This document shows, in pieces, positions 37,958 through 40,982 of a DNA stretch of 40,982 nucleotides. Each line of letters opens with the position of its first letter. Position 1 is the first letter of the stretch. The notes under the pieces are model-generated. The model was not told the origin of the DNA. It saw only the letters and a list, made by a program, of their open reading frames with translations, and did no database searches. This stretch comes from an uncultured bacterium (GTDB lineage: Bacteria > SAR324 > NAC60-12): NCBI GenBank assembly GCA_965662845.1, contig CBFIJD010000029.1:1-40982 (forward strand), in the 5' to 3' direction. Both the position numbers and the translations under genes were made by a program.

Positions 37958-38202
37958 GTGCACTCCAAAGATGAGAAGGGTCGTGGGTTGAGGCCACTAG
38001 GTTCGTTTGCCCGCAGTCGGGAGGTTCATTGAGAGAATGCTAGGGAGGTTTCGGCTCTGCAATGAGTGGAAACTGCGGGAGCGGCCAACATAGACAGATC
38101 AATACTGTCGAACAAGTTTAAGTAGGTTAAAAAGTTTTTCCGACGTTAATTGTATTTTGTTTATTTTGTTCATCAAAAAAACTCTCATGCCGTGAGGTGT
38201 CC

Positions 38203-39852
38203 ATGAATCGGATGTTCGGAGGCTTCGCGGTCCGTCCGCGCACTCTGCAAGGTCGGATGTTGTTGCTGATGACGCTGCTCTTGGCCTTGCTGGTGACCTC
38301 GACGTTGTTGATCACGTCTGTGCTCGTGACGTCGATTTTGGAAGAGTACATCGGGCGCACAGCGCTGAATGTCTCACGCGCGGTTTCGCTGTCTCGCGAG
38401 GTTCGTGAAGGGGTGTTGCGCCAAGACAGCGACACGGTGCAGCGCTACGCCGAGGCCGTGCGTTTGGCGACGGGTGCGCGGTTTGTGGTCGTGGGCGACC
38501 AAGAAGGGCGCCGCTTGAGCCACCCAGTCCCCGAGCGGATTGGAAAGCTCATGGTGGGGGGCGACAACACCCGAGCGTTGGAAGAGGGAGAGGCGTATGT
38601 CTCTGCCGCGACAGGCACTCTGGGGCCGTCTTTGCGAGGCAAAGTCCCGGTGTTCGGTAACGAAGGAGAGGTGATTGGGGTGGTCTCCGTTGGATATTTG
38701 CAAGACACGGTACAAGATGTCACAGAGCGATACTTGCAGCGGGTTTTGCTTTGGGTGGGAGGGTTGTTTCTGGCGGGCTGGCTGGGGACATGGTTCATCA
38801 GCAGAGCCGTGAAACGCTCCATTTTTGGCTTGGAACCCGAAGAGATCGCGCGGCTGTTTCGCGAACGGAACGCGATTTTGTCTTCGGTGCGCGAGGGCAT
38901 CCTGGCCATCAACCCAGCCGGTGAAGTGACGGTTCTCAACGAGCCGGCCGCCGAGCTGCTGCAGCTGAGACCCGACCAAGCGTTACGACAGCCGATTGTG
39001 GCGTTGCTCCCTCAAACCCGGCTGTTAGAAGTCCTCAAAAGCGGAGAGGCCCAATATGACCAAGAAACGGTCATTCACGGCGTGGAAGTGATCGTCAATC
39101 GTCTACCGATGTGGGAAGACCACCGCGTGGTGGGAGTCGTCGCGAGCTTTCGGCGCAAACAAGACATAGACCGCTTGGTTCAAGAGCTGACGCAAGTGCA
39201 AGAATATTCCGAAGTGTTGCGTGCGCAAACGCATGAGTATTCCAACAAACTCCACACCTTGGCTGGGTTGATCCAGCTGGGCTCCAACCGAGAAGCGCTG
39301 GAGCTGATCGGCAGTGAGACCTCTGGCTATCAAGCGCTGCTGACGACTCTGAATGAAACGGTCCCCGACCCTCTGCTCTCTGCTTTGATTTTAGGCAAAT
39401 ACAACCGAGGCAGAGAGCTGAAGGTGCGGTTGCACGTGGACGCCGAGAGTCGAATGAGCCTGATCCCGCCATCCGTGAACCGAGAAAAATTGGTTTCCAT
39501 TTTAGGCAATTTGCTGGAGAACGCCTTAGAAGCTGCGCAAGACCCCGACTGTGAGCGCCACGAAGCTTGGCTCTCAATGAGCGACTATGGGAAGGATCTG
39601 ATTTTTGAGGTGGAAGATTCTGGAAAAGGGATTGCGCCCAAAGCCTTTCAAGAGCTGTTTGAGCGGGGCGTCTCCACAAAGACGGGAGTGGATCGCGGCA
39701 TTGGGCTCTGGCTGGTGCAGCATCACCTAGAGTATTTGCAAGGGCATTTAGAAGTAGAAAACAGCGGCTTAGGAGGCATGCGGATCACAGTCTACATCCC
39801 CAAAACACCAAACATCGAGGCACATGGAATTGCAGGTTCTGATCGTAGATGA
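38203..39852 (+). CDS. citA: CitA/DcuS-family sensor kinase
   Basis: Periplasmic RLSHP...GGD...GTLGPSLRGKVPV; LEPEEI; PAS; LRAQTHEYSNKLH. A GAGGT RBS favours ATG 38203. Confidence 0.92.
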   Translation: MNRMFGGFAVRPRTLQGRMLLLMTLLLALLVTSTLLITSVLVTSILEEYIGRTALNVSRAVSLSREVREGVLRQDSDTVQRYAEAVRLATGARFVVVGDQEGRRLSHPVPERIGKLMVGGDNTRALEEGEAYVSAATGTLGPSLRGKVPVFGNEGEVIGVVSVGYLQDTVQDVTERYLQRVLLWVGGLFLAGWLGTWFISRAVKRSIFGLEPEEIARLFRERNAILSSVREGILAINPAGEVTVLNEPAAELLQLRPDQALRQPIVALLPQTRLLEVLKSGEAQYDQETVIHGVEVIVNRLPMWEDHRVVGVVASFRRKQDIDRLVQELTQVQEYSEVLRAQTHEYSNKLHTLAGLIQLGSNREALELIGSETSGYQALLTTLNETVPDPLLSALILGKYNRGRELKVRLHVDAESRMSLIPPSVNREKLVSILGNLLENALEAAQDPDCERHEAWLSMSDYGKDLIFEVEDSGKGIAPKAFQELFERGVSTKTGVDRGIGLWLVQHHLEYLQGHLEVENSGLGGMRITVYIPKTPNIEAHGIAGSDRR

Positions 39853-40513
39853 TGACCTCCGCATTGCCGAAATCCATCGCAGGTATGTCGACAAAATCAA
39901 GGGCTTTCAGGTCGTGGGCATGGCCACCTCTCTGACAGAAGCGCAAGAGCTGCTAGAGGTGCTGCAACCGGATCTCATGCTGCTCGACATCTTCTTCCCG
40001 CTGGGAAACGGCCTGGAATTTCTACAGACCACCCGACAGCACCCCACCCGGGTCGACGTCATTTTGATTACCGCTGCGAAAGAAGCCACGCTCTTTCGAG
40101 AAGCTTTGCGTGGGGGAGTGTTCGACTACATCCTCAAGCCTGTGCTCTTCTCGCGTTTTGCACAGACCCTCGAGCGGTTTCGCGCGACACGTCAGCAGCT
40201 GGATCAGTTGACGCAACTAGACCAGTCGGAGGTCGACCGCATCCTGCACGTGCCCCCAACGGATCCCACGACCAGCCCAAGCGACCTCCCCAAAGGCATC
40301 GACTCCCTTACCCTTGAGAAGGTTCGACAAATCTTCGCAGGCGCAAGCTCGGTCAATTTGACCTCAGAAGAGGCGGCAGAGGTGATTGGTGTGAGCCGCA
40401 CAACAGTGCGTCGCTATTTAGAGTATTTGGTAGGCGAGAACTGGTTGCAGGTGGATGTGCACTATGGAGGGGTCGGGCGACCCGAACGCCGCTACGCCTT
40501 GAAGAGCGTGTGA
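39824..40513 (+). CDS. citB: CitB/DcuR-family response regulator
   Basis: VDDD...LLDIFFP...ITAA...DYILKP; LPKGIDSLTL; SRTTVRRYLEYL; YGGVGRP. Confidence 0.93.
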   Translation: MELQVLIVDDDLRIAEIHRRYVDKIKGFQVVGMATSLTEAQELLEVLQPDLMLLDIFFPLGNGLEFLQTTRQHPTRVDVILITAAKEATLFREALRGGVFDYILKPVLFSRFAQTLERFRATRQQLDQLTQLDQSEVDRILHVPPTDPTTSPSDLPKGIDSLTLEKVRQIFAGASSVNLTSEEAAEVIGVSRTTVRRYLEYLVGENWLQVDVHYGGVGRPERRYALKSV

Positions 40514-40716
40514 GGAGGACAGGCCCAGAGGCCCGTCCAAGCGAGGAGGGGATTCGTTGAAGGGTTACTGTTGGAGAAACTCTCCCTCGCGGGAATTATG
40601 CACGCAGTTAAAGTTTCCGAGATTTGGTTGCAACGCTATGTAAAGCAGAAGGTACTCCCCTTGCACCTTTATGTAGTCAGGATGAGGTAGAATTTCACTT
40701 TACATTCAGGGACTGC

Positions 40717-40982
40717 ATGCTTTTTAACTCTTACGAATTCATCTTTCTTTTTCTCCCCATCATGTTTTTTGGCTACTATGCCCTGCTGCATCGCCGACTT
40801 ATCGTCGGAGCCAAAGCCTGGCTAGTGGGCGGCAGTCTCTTTTTTTACAGCTGGTGGAATCCCCTCTATCTCCCCCTCATCCTGGCCAGCGTTTTAGTAA
40901 ATTACACCATCGGCTCCTCAATCGGCGAGAAGAGAAGAGAAGAGAAGAGAAGAGAAGAGAAGAGAAGAGAAGAGAAGAGAAG
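40717..40982 (+). CDS. MBOAT family O-acyltransferase (AlgI/DltB-like), 3'-truncated
   Basis: Not in the ORF track. Manual translation gives MLFNSYEFIFLFLPIMFFGYY...WLVGGSLFFYSWWNPLYLPLILASVLVNY, the classic AlgI/DltB N-terminus. Confidence 0.9.
   Translation, partial: MLFNSYEFIFLFLPIMFFGYYALLHRRLIVGAKAWLVGGSLFFYSWWNPLYLPLILASVLVNYTIGSSIGEKRREEKRREEKRREEKR
40927..40982 (+). repeat. Pentanucleotide simple sequence repeat (GAGAA)n, at least 11 copies
   Basis: Perfect GAGAA x11 plus G, running off the window end inside the MBOAT frame (encodes EKRRE repeats). Confidence 0.97.

Noticed and set aside
40927..40982. Terminal repeat as a CRISPR array or telomere
   Set aside because: It is a 5-bp unit with no spacers, inside a coding frame.

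Overview
A GC-rich (about 55-60% by eye), gene-dense bacterial chromosomal window; gene content suggests a motile aquatic deltaproteobacterium-like lineage (possibly SAR324-like; weak inference). From left to right: the 3' end of a gas-vesicle cluster (two GvpL/GvpF-family genes); two chemoreceptors; csp; rsmD-dgt; a PQQ-type sugar dehydrogenase; a six-gene tolA/tonB-tolB-HNH-(Zn-ribbon)TolQ/ExbB-TolR/ExbD-like-hypothetical operon; HU; PBP1A; a DUF218-SprT-PilO/PilP-like cluster; an oxidative-stress module (oxyR with a coupled mini-VKOR-like gene, divergent from a hybrid Prx-Grx and a flavin disulfide reductase); rsmG; STAS plus a PAS kinase; a PilZ-DUF2225-like fusion; an orphan solute-binding protein; yyaL; FIST plus a PAS kinase; tctCBA with a CitA/CitB-type two-component system; and the 5' end of an AlgI/DltB-type MBOAT gene that runs into a (GAGAA)n tract at the window edge. 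I found no rRNA, tRNA, CRISPR array or transposase. The most notable items are the atypical Tol/Exb-type motor operon with an embedded HNH nuclease, the oxyR-coupled VKOR-like protein, the probable phase-variable MBOAT, an apparent ATC start codon for tctA, and a chemoreceptor with a symmetric 3-heptad insertion. All family assignments come from motif recognition by eye; no database searches were run.
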